A program made the position numbers and the translations under genes. The notes beneath the pieces were generated by a model, which was not told the DNA's origin, did not search any database, and was given only the letters and a program-made list of their open reading frames with translations. A DNA stretch of 32,000 bases, from contig CP095464.1 of assembly GCA_021294815.2 (NCBI GenBank), positions 330,001-362,000 on the forward strand, in the 5' to 3' direction. Positions 8,494-18,200 of the stretch are shown in pieces; within the stretch, counting starts at the first letter, position 1, and each line of letters starts with the position of its first letter. This DNA is from Verrucomicrobiota bacterium. GTDB lineage: Bacteria > Verrucomicrobiota > Verrucomicrobiia > Opitutales > LL51.

Positions 8494-9690
8494 TCACGAT
8501 TCCGGACACAAATCTCGGATTTTCGTATAATCATCACCTAGTCTCAGGCTCTGATCTTCAGAAATAGCATCCAGCATTTCTCGGATATCACTTTTTAGGA
8601 TCTTTAAGGTAGTCCCCGCCGTGAAAACAAACTTTGGTCGATCTAAATAATTGAACACCTTGAAACAACGCTTAAAGAATGTTCGAAAACTTCCGTCTTC
8701 AATCTCAACTCCCTTTCGCTGTGCTATATCTAAAGTACTGAGCAGTTTCTGACGCACATCTTCGTACCAATGAGATTGGGAAACAGCGGATTTCAAAAAC
8801 TTTCCTCCAAACTCCTCAAAAAGAGTGCTCAGCTCTTCACGCGCGTCTTCTGTATCATCTACGGAGTCATTGTCATCCCTTATTGCTTTTTTGAGGTCCA
8901 CATAGCAATTGCTTATGCACGTTCTTTGATTCTCCGATAAATCACCTCGTGTGGACAATCTTTGCATTCTATTATACAGTCCTCCTAAGGCACTTTCATC
9001 AAATGCAATACCAAGCTTTTCCGCCGTACGGATAGTCCAAAATATTGGATCCCTAACGTCATGGCACCCTTCCTTGCGAACTTTAATTACATCATTATCT
9101 TCACATATATCAGGATGTATCAAAACAAACTCTAAAAACTTCTTCACACGCTTCATGAGGAACGCTGTCCACTCTTCTTTATTATTGACTTGCACTAAAG
9201 CATTCGGAGCTTCCTCAATCTCCCTGGGACTTAACTCCGTCCCGTGCTCCTTGAGATAGCTTTCTTCCAACAAATCAAGCTTCTCCCCTAACAACTCTTT
9301 TTGCTCTTCTGTCAACCCCTCTCTGCTACTCAATGCATCAATTAAAGCACGAATCTTTTTGGAATTCTCCCCATTGATCGTAAACCCATCCCCCATTACA
9401 TTTCGCAATTGGCAATAAGTATCCCGTATCGAGCCTGCCGCTGAATTCACATTAAATGCATATTGGTCAGACGTATCGGTGACGATTATTGCGACATCAT
9501 AGAACTTCTGTATGTTTTCACCCAGTATTGCGTTCAACTCTTCTATGAGATTTTGCCTATCATCAGTTTCATTGAAACTCGCTTGATCCGAGACATCCCC
9601 CACTTCGGGTCCGCTTGCGCTGAGTACGAATGGAACGCTCGCAAACAGCGTCATCGCGATCATTTTTATAATATTCTGTTTCTTCATCAT
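8494..9690 (-). CDS. Hypothetical secreted protein (islet gene C)
   Basis: The ORF is open to 9747. The ATG at 9688-9690 is preceded by AAGGAAAAAT (a Shine-Dalgarno (SD) sequence) and gives MMKKQNIIKMIAMTLFASVPFVLSA/SG (signal peptide). The conserved upstream block overlaps the longer ORF version. The composition is acidic and looks mostly helical. I recognise no family. Confidence 0.7.
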   Translation of the reverse strand: MMKKQNIIKMIAMTLFASVPFVLSASGPEVGDVSDQASFNETDDRQNLIEELNAILGENIQKFYDVAIIVTDTSDQYAFNVNSAAGSIRDTYCQLRNVMGDGFTINGENSKKIRALIDALSSREGLTEEQKELLGEKLDLLEESYLKEHGTELSPREIEEAPNALVQVNNKEEWTAFLMKRVKKFLEFVLIHPDICEDNDVIKVRKEGCHDVRDPIFWTIRTAEKLGIAFDESALGGLYNRMQRLSTRGDLSENQRTCISNCYVDLKKAIRDDNDSVDDTEDAREELSTLFEEFGGKFLKSAVSQSHWYEDVRQKLLSTLDIAQRKGVEIEDGSFRTFFKRCFKVFNYLDRPKFVFTAGTTLKILKSDIREMLDAISEDQSLRLGDDYTKIRDLCPES

Positions 9691-9729
9691 ATTTTTCCTT
9701 TTCGAAAAAATCACCGGCAGGGAATCATA

Positions 9730-9756
9730 CATTTTATCAATTTGCAAGACTTTTTT
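9730..9756 (-). promoter_or_regulatory. Conserved upstream block of islet gene C
   Basis: The minus strand reads AAAAAAGTCTTGCAAATTGATAAAATG, near-identical to 8295-8322. Confidence 0.55.
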
Positions 9757-9859
9757 GCTCGATTATGCTGCTCATAATCACCTGCCAAAGCAGAAGAACG
9801 TTTGTCACTGGGATACGATTTTGGGATTGGAATCCTAGGGCACATCGCTTGCCTATTAG

Positions 9860-11149
9860 ATGATGATCGCCCTGGGTCTTATTTGCGGAAGTTTGCTGGT
9901 GGTGGTCGCGTTGTGGGCGTATGGTCGAGAGGAAATCTTGTTGAAGACGGTAGAGGAGCTCCGGCGGCGATATAATGATGTACTCGCGGCGAAATCAGTT
10001 ATCGAGGGGAAATTGGCGGTTCTGGAGGCACAATTTCAACAAAAACAGCGGGAATTTACGGAGCTCTTTGAGCGGTATCAGCAGCTATTAGCGGAAAAAG
10101 TCGCATTAACGACCGCGCGGGATGAGATCGAAAACCACCGCGCACAGATGAAGCTCGAACTCTCTAAACTTTCACAGGAAATTCTCGAGGCTAAGCGCCA
10201 AAAGTTTTCCGAAGAGACGCAGAAAGAAGTGGGCCATCTCGTCGCCGATCTCCAACAGGAGTTTACCGCTTTCAAAAACGAAATCTTTTCGCCCGAGACA
10301 AAGTCTCGTATCGAGCTCTCAACCCATTTGCAATCGCTGTTGTCAAATCTCGAAAAAATGCATACGGAAACAACGCAACTCACCAATGCCCTACGGAGTA
10401 ATTCTAAAACGCAGGGCGATTGGGGAGAGGTACAGCTCGAAAACCTCCTGGAACAAGCGGGGCTCTCTGAAGAACACGGTGACTATATTAAACAAGGGAA
10501 GGGTCTTAATCTACACCTCGAGGAGGGCGCGGCGAAGCCCGATTTTCTCGTTAAACTTCCCAAATCGCAGTGGATTTTGATCGATGCTAAGGTGTCTCTT
10601 TCGGCCTACGAACGCATGGTTAACGCCGAAGATTCTCAAGAACGAGAACGCCAGTTAGCACTGCATATCCATTCGCTTCAAAAACATATCGATGAGGTCG
10701 CAAAGTATCACAATATCCAAAATGCGATCGATATTTGCCCGTTTTTGTTGATGTTCATCCCCATCGAAGGCGCCTATACGGCCGCGCTTGCGAGCCATCA
10801 AGGGACTCAGAAAATCGCGGAGTACGCACGACAGAAAAACGTGATTATCGTTTATCCATCGACCTTATTTTTGACACTACGGTTAATCCAAGCGATCTGG
10901 CAGGTCGAAAAACAAAATCTCAATGCCCAGGAGATTGCGGAGCGCGGCGGTCGGCTCTATGATAAATTTTGCGGGCTGTTGGATGAGTTGCGCTCGCTTT
11001 ACGGGCTCTTTCATCGCGTTCATGAGCAGTTTGAGAGCGCGGTCTTACCCAAAATCAACGGTCGCGGCGGTCTATTATCGCAGTGCGATGAGTTGCAGAA
11101 ACTGGGCGTTAAGAGTAAAAAGACCCTTAAAAATTTTTCAGAGGAATAA
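9860..11149 (+). CDS. rmuC: DNA recombination protein RmuC
   Basis: An N-terminal TM helix (MMIALGLICGSLLVVVALWAY), a long coiled-coil region, then the RmuC nuclease-like core (GDWGEVQLENLLEQAGL...PDFLVKLP...ILIDAKVSL...MFIPIEGAY). Confidence 0.9.
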   Translation: MMIALGLICGSLLVVVALWAYGREEILLKTVEELRRRYNDVLAAKSVIEGKLAVLEAQFQQKQREFTELFERYQQLLAEKVALTTARDEIENHRAQMKLELSKLSQEILEAKRQKFSEETQKEVGHLVADLQQEFTAFKNEIFSPETKSRIELSTHLQSLLSNLEKMHTETTQLTNALRSNSKTQGDWGEVQLENLLEQAGLSEEHGDYIKQGKGLNLHLEEGAAKPDFLVKLPKSQWILIDAKVSLSAYERMVNAEDSQERERQLALHIHSLQKHIDEVAKYHNIQNAIDICPFLLMFIPIEGAYTAALASHQGTQKIAEYARQKNVIIVYPSTLFLTLRLIQAIWQVEKQNLNAQEIAERGGRLYDKFCGLLDELRSLYGLFHRVHEQFESAVLPKINGRGGLLSQCDELQKLGVKSKKTLKNFSEE

Positions 11150-11152
11150 AGC

Positions 11153-12430
11153 ATGTTAGATTTAAAATGGATCCGTGAGCACCGTGAGGCGGTTAAAAGC
11201 GGGATCGCGAAAAAAAAGTTCGCGTGCGATATCGATGCTTTTCTTGCCATCGACGAACAGCGTCGTCAGTTGATTACGCGTATCGAAACGTTGAAGTCGA
11301 ACCAAAATGCGCATAGTGACGAGATTAAACAGCTCGATAAAAAGTCGCCGGAATTTCAAAATAAGATTCAGGAACTTAAAAAGCTTTCGGATGAGGTGAA
11401 GCAACTCGAAACAGAGCTAATGGCGATTGAACAACAGTGGAAGACCCTTTATCTCGCGATCCCCAATGTCCCCCATGAATCGGTTCCCATCGGTAAAAAT
11501 GAAAAAGATAATGTCACCATTGCGACTTGGGGTGATCCAAAAGCGGTTTCTCCATACGCGGTCCCCCATTATGACATTCCCTGGTTTTCGAAATTCATCG
11601 ACTTTCCACGCGGTGCTAAGGTCACCGGTGCAGGTTTCCCATTTTACGTCGGCGACGTCGCCCGTGTCGTTCGTGCCCTAGTAACGTTTTTTCTCAATGA
11701 GGCGAAAAAGAATGGCTACACCGAGTTCATGACACCGATTATGGTGAACGCCGAAAGCGCGACAGCTACGGGACAACTCCCCGATAAAGAGGGACAGATG
11801 TACCATGCCGAGGTCGAGGATTTTTATATGATCCCGACGGCCGAGGTCCCGGTAACGAATTTTTTCCGTGACGAGATTTTTGACGAATCCGATCTTCCGA
11901 TATATCGTTGTGGGTATACACCGTGTTTTCGTCGCGAAGCGGGAAGTTGGGGCAAGGATGTTCGCGGCCTCAACCGCCTACACCAATTCGATAAAGTCGA
12001 ACTCGTGAAGTGGACGCACCCCGATCAAAGCTTCGAGGAACTCGAAAAACTTCGCCATGACGCCGAGGGACTTTTACAAAAACTCCAACTCCCCTACCGC
12101 GTGTTATCGATTTGTACCGGGGACATCGGATTTCCGCACAGCAAACAGTACGATCTCGAAGTCTGGGCCAGTGGGCAAAAACACTGGCTCGAAGTCTCAA
12201 GCTGCAGTAATTTTACCGATTTCCAAGCACGTCGCGCCGGGATTAAATTCCGCGAACGGGCTACCGGAAAATCACTCTTTGTACATACCCTCAATGGATC
12301 TGGTCTCGCCGTACCTCGTGTTCTCGCTGCAATTTTAGAAAACAATCTCCAGGCAGATGGAACGGTGTTGCTGCCCGAAGTGCTCCAAGCTTTCGTCGGA
12401 ACCGATCGTATCGGTATCGTATCGCATTAA
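11153..12430 (+). CDS. serS: Serine--tRNA ligase
   Basis: MLDLKWIREH, an N-terminal coiled-coil arm and class II motifs (YRCGYTPCFRREAGSWGKDVRGLNRLHQFDKVE, TLNGSGLAVPR). The gene starts 3 nt after the rmuC stop. Confidence 0.97.
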   Translation: MLDLKWIREHREAVKSGIAKKKFACDIDAFLAIDEQRRQLITRIETLKSNQNAHSDEIKQLDKKSPEFQNKIQELKKLSDEVKQLETELMAIEQQWKTLYLAIPNVPHESVPIGKNEKDNVTIATWGDPKAVSPYAVPHYDIPWFSKFIDFPRGAKVTGAGFPFYVGDVARVVRALVTFFLNEAKKNGYTEFMTPIMVNAESATATGQLPDKEGQMYHAEVEDFYMIPTAEVPVTNFFRDEIFDESDLPIYRCGYTPCFRREAGSWGKDVRGLNRLHQFDKVELVKWTHPDQSFEELEKLRHDAEGLLQKLQLPYRVLSICTGDIGFPHSKQYDLEVWASGQKHWLEVSSCSNFTDFQARRAGIKFRERATGKSLFVHTLNGSGLAVPRVLAAILENNLQADGTVLLPEVLQAFVGTDRIGIVSH

Positions 12431-12453
12431 AGGAAATCCATCCTGGAGGGCAC

Positions 12454-13782
12454 ATGTCGCTACACCACGAGTTACAGCAGACGCAAACACAACAGGCCTC
12501 GCCTGCGATGCTACAGTCGCTCAAGGTGTTGCAGCTCTCCGCCCCTGAGTTGGAGCAATGGGTCGATCGCGAGATCGCTCAAAATCCCCTACTCGAGCGC
12601 GTTTCTGATTCGCCCTCTGAAACGCCTCAAGACTATACATATACTGATGGCTCTTCGCCAAAAGACCACACCGCTTCCTCAGGAACGGATTCGCAGGCCT
12701 ACCTTGCCGCCATCGCACAGCCGCCCTCTTTTCAGGAATTGTTACAAGAACAATTGACAGACGTCGATGGTGAGGTGCGCGAATATCTCGAACTTTTAAT
12801 TGAAAACCTCGATGACGATGGATTTTTATCTCCAGAAACACTCCAATCGCTCGGATTCCATCCTGCCAACCATCTAGAATCAAAAACACAAACACCATTT
12901 GTAAGTGATAATCCCGTTCACCAAGAGGCGTATGAAATTCTACGTACGCTTCACCCTCGGGGGCTCGGTGCGGTTGACCTCAAGGACTGTTTACGGCTTC
13001 AACTTCCCAAAACGCACCCACTGATCCGTCTGCTCAACGAGGCGTATGAAGATGTATTACATCACCGCTTTGCACGATTACAACGAAAGTACCGCTGCAC
13101 ACCGGAAACACTCCGCAACTGGTTAGCGCCGCTGAGAAAACTTATTTTTTCCCCAAAAAAATCACTTAGCAACGAGGCCTCTCAATTAATCACACCGGAA
13201 ATTATTTTTTCCCAAAACTCTGATGACCCTTGGACCGCAACCGTCGCCGGTGCACCCCATATTCGTCTACGTTCTGCTTCAGATGTTGAGCGTCCTGCTC
13301 TTTCCAATGATCTTAAGCAAGCGCGGTGGCTGATGCGGGCATTAACACGGCGGCAACAAACACTCGAGGCGATCGCCCAATACATTTTAAATTACCAGCG
13401 TGACTTTCTCGAACACGGGATAGCCGCACTCCACCCACAAAGCATCAAGCAGGTCGCCGAAATACTTCGTCTCAGTCCTTCGACGTTGTCGCGTGCCGCA
13501 CAGGAGAAATATGTCCAAGTGCAACATCAAATCATTCCGCTGAAAAAATTTTTCACCCACGGTAATGGAAATTCGCTGGCACCCTCGCCTATTGTTTGTG
13601 AAGCGATTCAAAAACTTATTATCCAGGAGTCGTCGCTCCATCCGTTAACGGACGAAGATATCGTTAAAAATTTACAAAAAAAGGGAATTGCGGTCGCCCG
13701 GCGTACAGTTTCAAAATATCGGCAACAGCTCGGAATCCCGACGTCTCACGTGCGTAGAATATTTCCACAGGCAACGCGATGA
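12454..13782 (+). CDS. rpoN: RNA polymerase sigma-54 factor
   Basis: Region I is Q/L-rich (LQQTQTQQASPAMLQSLKVLQLSAPELEQWVDREIAQNPLLE). The C-terminus has an HTH and an RpoN box (ARRTVSKYRQQLGIP). Confidence 0.93.
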   Translation: MSLHHELQQTQTQQASPAMLQSLKVLQLSAPELEQWVDREIAQNPLLERVSDSPSETPQDYTYTDGSSPKDHTASSGTDSQAYLAAIAQPPSFQELLQEQLTDVDGEVREYLELLIENLDDDGFLSPETLQSLGFHPANHLESKTQTPFVSDNPVHQEAYEILRTLHPRGLGAVDLKDCLRLQLPKTHPLIRLLNEAYEDVLHHRFARLQRKYRCTPETLRNWLAPLRKLIFSPKKSLSNEASQLITPEIIFSQNSDDPWTATVAGAPHIRLRSASDVERPALSNDLKQARWLMRALTRRQQTLEAIAQYILNYQRDFLEHGIAALHPQSIKQVAEILRLSPSTLSRAAQEKYVQVQHQIIPLKKFFTHGNGNSLAPSPIVCEAIQKLIIQESSLHPLTDEDIVKNLQKKGIAVARRTVSKYRQQLGIPTSHVRRIFPQATR

Positions 13783-15122
13783 TCTCTGCCAACGAACTCT
13801 TATCGGTCCCTCATCTGGCAATCCTTGGTACTTTGCCAGACACTATCCGTGGATTCTGGAACGACGCGCGAACGCTAACGCCGGGCGATGGATTTCTCGC
13901 ACTTAGGGGACAGCGTGACGGTCATGAATTTTTAACGCAGGCGTTACAAGCGGGCGCCGCTTGTGCGATTGTTGAAAATCCCAACCCCAATATTCCACTT
14001 CCGCAGATCCAGGTCGGAAATGTACTGGAATTTGCGCAAAAAGTCGTCAAAAAGCACCGCCAAAAATATCGCATTATTTCGGTAACTGGAAGTTACGGCA
14101 AGACCTCAACCAAAGAATTTCTACGCCGCTTTTTCGGACCGATGGCTTATGCGACACCCGAAAACCTCAATAATATTTTGGGTATCACGATTTCCCTGAG
14201 TCAGATGGATCAGGAACGCTTTGGGATTCTCGAAGCGGGCATCGACCGTCCCGGCGAGATGGCGCCGATCATCAAACTCCTCGACCCAGATTGTTCCATT
14301 TTTACTGGAATTGCGCCGGTTCATCTCTCGCAGTTTCAGGATTTTCCACAACTAATTGCTGAAAAGGCGCTAATTTTATCGTATATGTTGCAACGGCAAC
14401 GCCCCTGTGTTATTGCGGCAAAATGCTGGCCTTTGTTGAAAAAAAATCTCCCGGCACCGGATGCCTCGCTGACCCTCGTCGGTGAGGTCGAAAATTTTCC
14501 ATCATCTTGTAACTATACACGCCTTACGATCGAAAAAAAATCACCAGCAATAGAAATTATTCTCTCTAATAACTGCTTTGAGACAAAAAAATTCTACTTA
14601 CCGGCAATACCCCACGGACAGATCGAAAATTTTGCACTCGCAGCAACGGTAGCGAAACTTCACGGAATCTCGGACGAAGTTTTGCAAGAACGCGTACAGC
14701 AATGGCGCCCGACCGCACTCCGCGGCGAGACATTTACGTTTCGAGGCCATCCGGTCTACCTTGATGCGTACAATGCCAACCCAGCAGCGATGCGCGACGC
14801 CCTCGATTTTTTCGATCAGCAATACCATGGCCGTAAAATTTATGTACTGGGCGGTATGCGCGAGCTCGGAGTTTTGGAGAAACGCGAACATCAGGCACTG
14901 GCGGATTACTTTAAGAATCATACAGGCGACACGATTATTGCCGTTGGCCCCGAAATGAAGGCGTTTTGCCGAGCGCTTCCCTCGGAGATTGGGGTGGCCT
15001 ATTTCGAATCTGTGGAGAAGGTGCGGCCACACCTTCTAAAAATACTCGACAGCAGCGATAATCCCGTTTTTATCAAAGGGAGTCACACCTATGCACTTTG
15101 GAAGCTCGTGCAATCAGCTTAA
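13779..15122 (+). CDS. murF: UDP-N-acetylmuramoyl-tripeptide--D-alanyl-D-alanine ligase
   Basis: Mur ligase P-loop VTGSYGKTSTKE, with Mur ligase central and C-terminal domains (LDAYNANP). The start overlaps the rpoN stop (ATGA). Confidence 0.92.
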   Translation: MISANELLSVPHLAILGTLPDTIRGFWNDARTLTPGDGFLALRGQRDGHEFLTQALQAGAACAIVENPNPNIPLPQIQVGNVLEFAQKVVKKHRQKYRIISVTGSYGKTSTKEFLRRFFGPMAYATPENLNNILGITISLSQMDQERFGILEAGIDRPGEMAPIIKLLDPDCSIFTGIAPVHLSQFQDFPQLIAEKALILSYMLQRQRPCVIAAKCWPLLKKNLPAPDASLTLVGEVENFPSSCNYTRLTIEKKSPAIEIILSNNCFETKKFYLPAIPHGQIENFALAATVAKLHGISDEVLQERVQQWRPTALRGETFTFRGHPVYLDAYNANPAAMRDALDFFDQQYHGRKIYVLGGMRELGVLEKREHQALADYFKNHTGDTIIAVGPEMKAFCRALPSEIGVAYFESVEKVRPHLLKILDSSDNPVFIKGSHTYALWKLVQSA

Positions 15123-15274
15123 CTTTGTGAAAGTTTCACGAAAACATTACCAGAGCATCAAAATCCGTACAAAATGAAAATTCCAGCGGGAAATATATTG
15201 ACAAACCTTCAGAATCGAAGAGAGTAGCAGTTAAGGTATTTTGTGCCGATAAAAATATTTTTACAAAAAAGGTT

Positions 15275-18200
15275 ATGAAAAAAGGAAAAGAAAAAATGGG
15301 ACAGCTAGTAGCACGCTATGGCTTGCTGGCAGCGTTAGGTCTCGGCAGCGTGTCTTTCGTTTCGGGAGCTCCTGCGGCACCGGCGCCAGCACCGGCCGCT
15401 CCTTGGGATCACGGAAGAAATGTCAAGTTTGAGCGAGTCGGTCAAGCGGCTCCTAATGGTAGGGCTGTTGAGTATGAGCTTAAGGGCAATACCCCGAAGG
15501 CAGATACTAAGACGGTAGTAGTCACCAAGGGCATTACTAAGGCAGAGGCTGGGACACTTCTTCAGTCGTGGTTCAAAAAGACAGATAGCTCGCAGAGAAC
15601 GGTTGATTTGGTAGACAAGGCTATTGGTAAAACAACTCTCAACGATGCCAAGGAAGCTTTGAAGATCGCGAAAGATATTGCCAATGGGGATGCGGCGTTG
15701 ACGCAAAAAGTCGATGACCTCTCGCAGAAAACCGAGTGGAAGGATGATGAGAAGAAGGCGTTTTCGCAGCTTTGTTCTGACTTGCAAGGGAAAGGCTCGG
15801 CGGATCAACAAAAGAAATTGTCTGATGTCCTTTTCAAGAAACTTGAGGACAGTGACCTACCAAAGGACATCACCGAGACCCGGTCTGTTAAAGGGGGAAA
15901 TGTTGTCTTTGAACTGAAAGATGCCACCCAAGCGGGGAACAGTGCTGCAGCGGCGATTTTTGATGCAGCAGGCCATAATGTTGTCGCAGACTTTAGTGGC
16001 GATGGAGCCAAGGAGATCGAAATCCTGGGCGAGAATGCCAAAACTTTGTTTAAGAACGCTCCGTTAGACGTGGCCCATTTTTCCCAACCGGCTAACCTCG
16101 CGCACCTCGCCGTTCAGGATCAGCCCGTTGCGCAAGCTAATGCGGGACTCACATCGATCGCTGGTGGTGGTAACGGAACCATAACGGGTGCCATTACGGC
16201 TATGGAAAACACCGTTAAGAATGTCGCCGCGGTTTGGTACGCTGATGAGATTTTAGACCCCGCTAAGGGTGCTATTGCGCGGATTGAGCATGAGCTGTTG
16301 AACGGCAACGATGATAATACCGTTGTTGCTACTGGCGTCAAACTTGGAGCCATCGGAGGAACGGGAATTGAAACAAAGGGTACCTGGGCAGCAGGCAATG
16401 CTGGTGGTTTGGCCATTGAACGGAGTGATGTCACTAAGATTCTTACCGTATTCAAGGAACTTTTCCAACAGGTTCAGGATCGGGCCAGCGGGAAGACAGC
16501 TGGAGGGGGGACGTTTGTTAGTCCGACCCAGATTGATACACTCCTAAAGGAAATTCTCAACAATAGTGCCGATAGACACGCGACCTACACAGGGGAGAAT
16601 TTTGTAGCAAAACCTAATATTGGTCTGCCTAATCTTGGAGCTACAACAGTTGCGCTCGGAGGTAACGCAGGGTATGCGGGGCATGAAATTTTTTATGCAC
16701 TCAATAATCAAGGTGCAGGCGCGCCAGGATTGGACGGGGCTACAACGGTTCAGGCGGTTCAACGTCTTGCGGAGCTTGTTTTGAAAGCAATCCCTGATGC
16801 GACTAACTTGCAACCGACATCGGCGACGCAGGGGCTCGTTCACCCAGATGCGAAGCTTCCCGGATACTATACCAGTATTTACCAGTTGCTCGACAGTGCG
16901 AATGGTGGCTTATTGAACGTGACGGCTGATTGTGTCGCGGCTGTCGGCGCTGCTGGTGCTGCGATGGATACATACACGGCCCGCAAGTTCGTTGAAGATA
17001 TGAGGTTTACATCGAACCTCGTAGATGATCTTGGGGTGCGACATTTGACCAATGCACCTGCTATAGCTACTTACATGCCTCAGCAAACGGCAACAGATCT
17101 CAACAGCATCGAGGCTGAGGTTAACCAGAGGCACGGAAGTGGTGGGTTGTTCGAGGTTAAGTTCCCCGCAAATATCGCAGCGGGTGATCGTTTCTGCGCA
17201 ATCTTCCGTCCGGAGTTCACAAACGACGCGAATGGTGACGGCGCGAACGTTTTTAATAACGATAGAACGCCGATGCGCGACGCAACTCATATTGTCGATT
17301 TGACGAATGACTACAATGATAATTCCGGAGTCACGCCACCAAATGGTAATGGAATCACGGCACTCGTTTCAGATCATGCAGATGCCCATGTTACCCTCGT
17401 TCTCGATGCCTCGTCGGGAGTTTACAAAGATGAAAACGGGGCCAAAGTACGCCAGGCCATAGGTAGAAATGTCGCATTTGGTGATATTATTACAGGCAAT
17501 CCCGGCAATAATGGCTCGACGAAGGTTGTATTGATTAACCGGCTTACCAATAGCAGTAGAGAGACTAACGACTTAGGAAAGATTGAGGATAAGGATCGTC
17601 GCGCAGTTATCGTGAAGGGTGCTATCAAAGAATCTGCCACGGATAGCGATTGGAAGACGAAAAACACGAAAATCGATTTAGTGACGGCAGCTGATGGCTT
17701 ACATGGTAACTTTTGGCATAATAAATTCGTCAATGTACGGACTTTGACCCTCGGCGCTCAAGCAGGTACGCTACTCAGAGACAATGCTACCGGTAAGGTA
17801 GCTTATATTAGTGAGGCCATGAGTGGTGGAGAAAATTCATTTCCTCAGGGATTGCGGGCAGAGCAGATCATTGCCAATAACGGGAAGAGTTCGCGAGTTA
17901 ACGTTGGATCGGATGTGCCGTTTGATGTGAGGGAGGTTGTTGTAGAAAATAAGGGGACTGTCAGTACGTACAGACTAGGTGTTATAGAGCTCAAACCATC
18001 AAGCGATAAGAAGCATGATTTCGCAGCAAAGGACGGTGCAAAGGTTGCCATCCAAAACTCTGAAATCAAATTGATACCTTACGTTGAAGGTGATAAGTCA
18101 AGGATTTATCAGTTGCGCGCAGAGGGCAATGGTAGTGAGCTTTCACTCGCCGGGACCGCAGTTCGTCTCGGACAGATTACTACTAAGATGCTCAACGGAG

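Noticed and set aside
9062-9077. A sigma-54-like TGGCAC...TTGC on the plus strand.
   Set aside because: The spacer is 6 nt rather than 5. It also lies inside islet gene C on the opposite strand, about 800 bp from the next plus-strand gene.
15125-15141. A canonical CRP/FNR binding site upstream of the autotransporter.
   Set aside because: GTGA and TCAC are separated by 5 nt, not 6. I kept it only as a generic palindrome finding.
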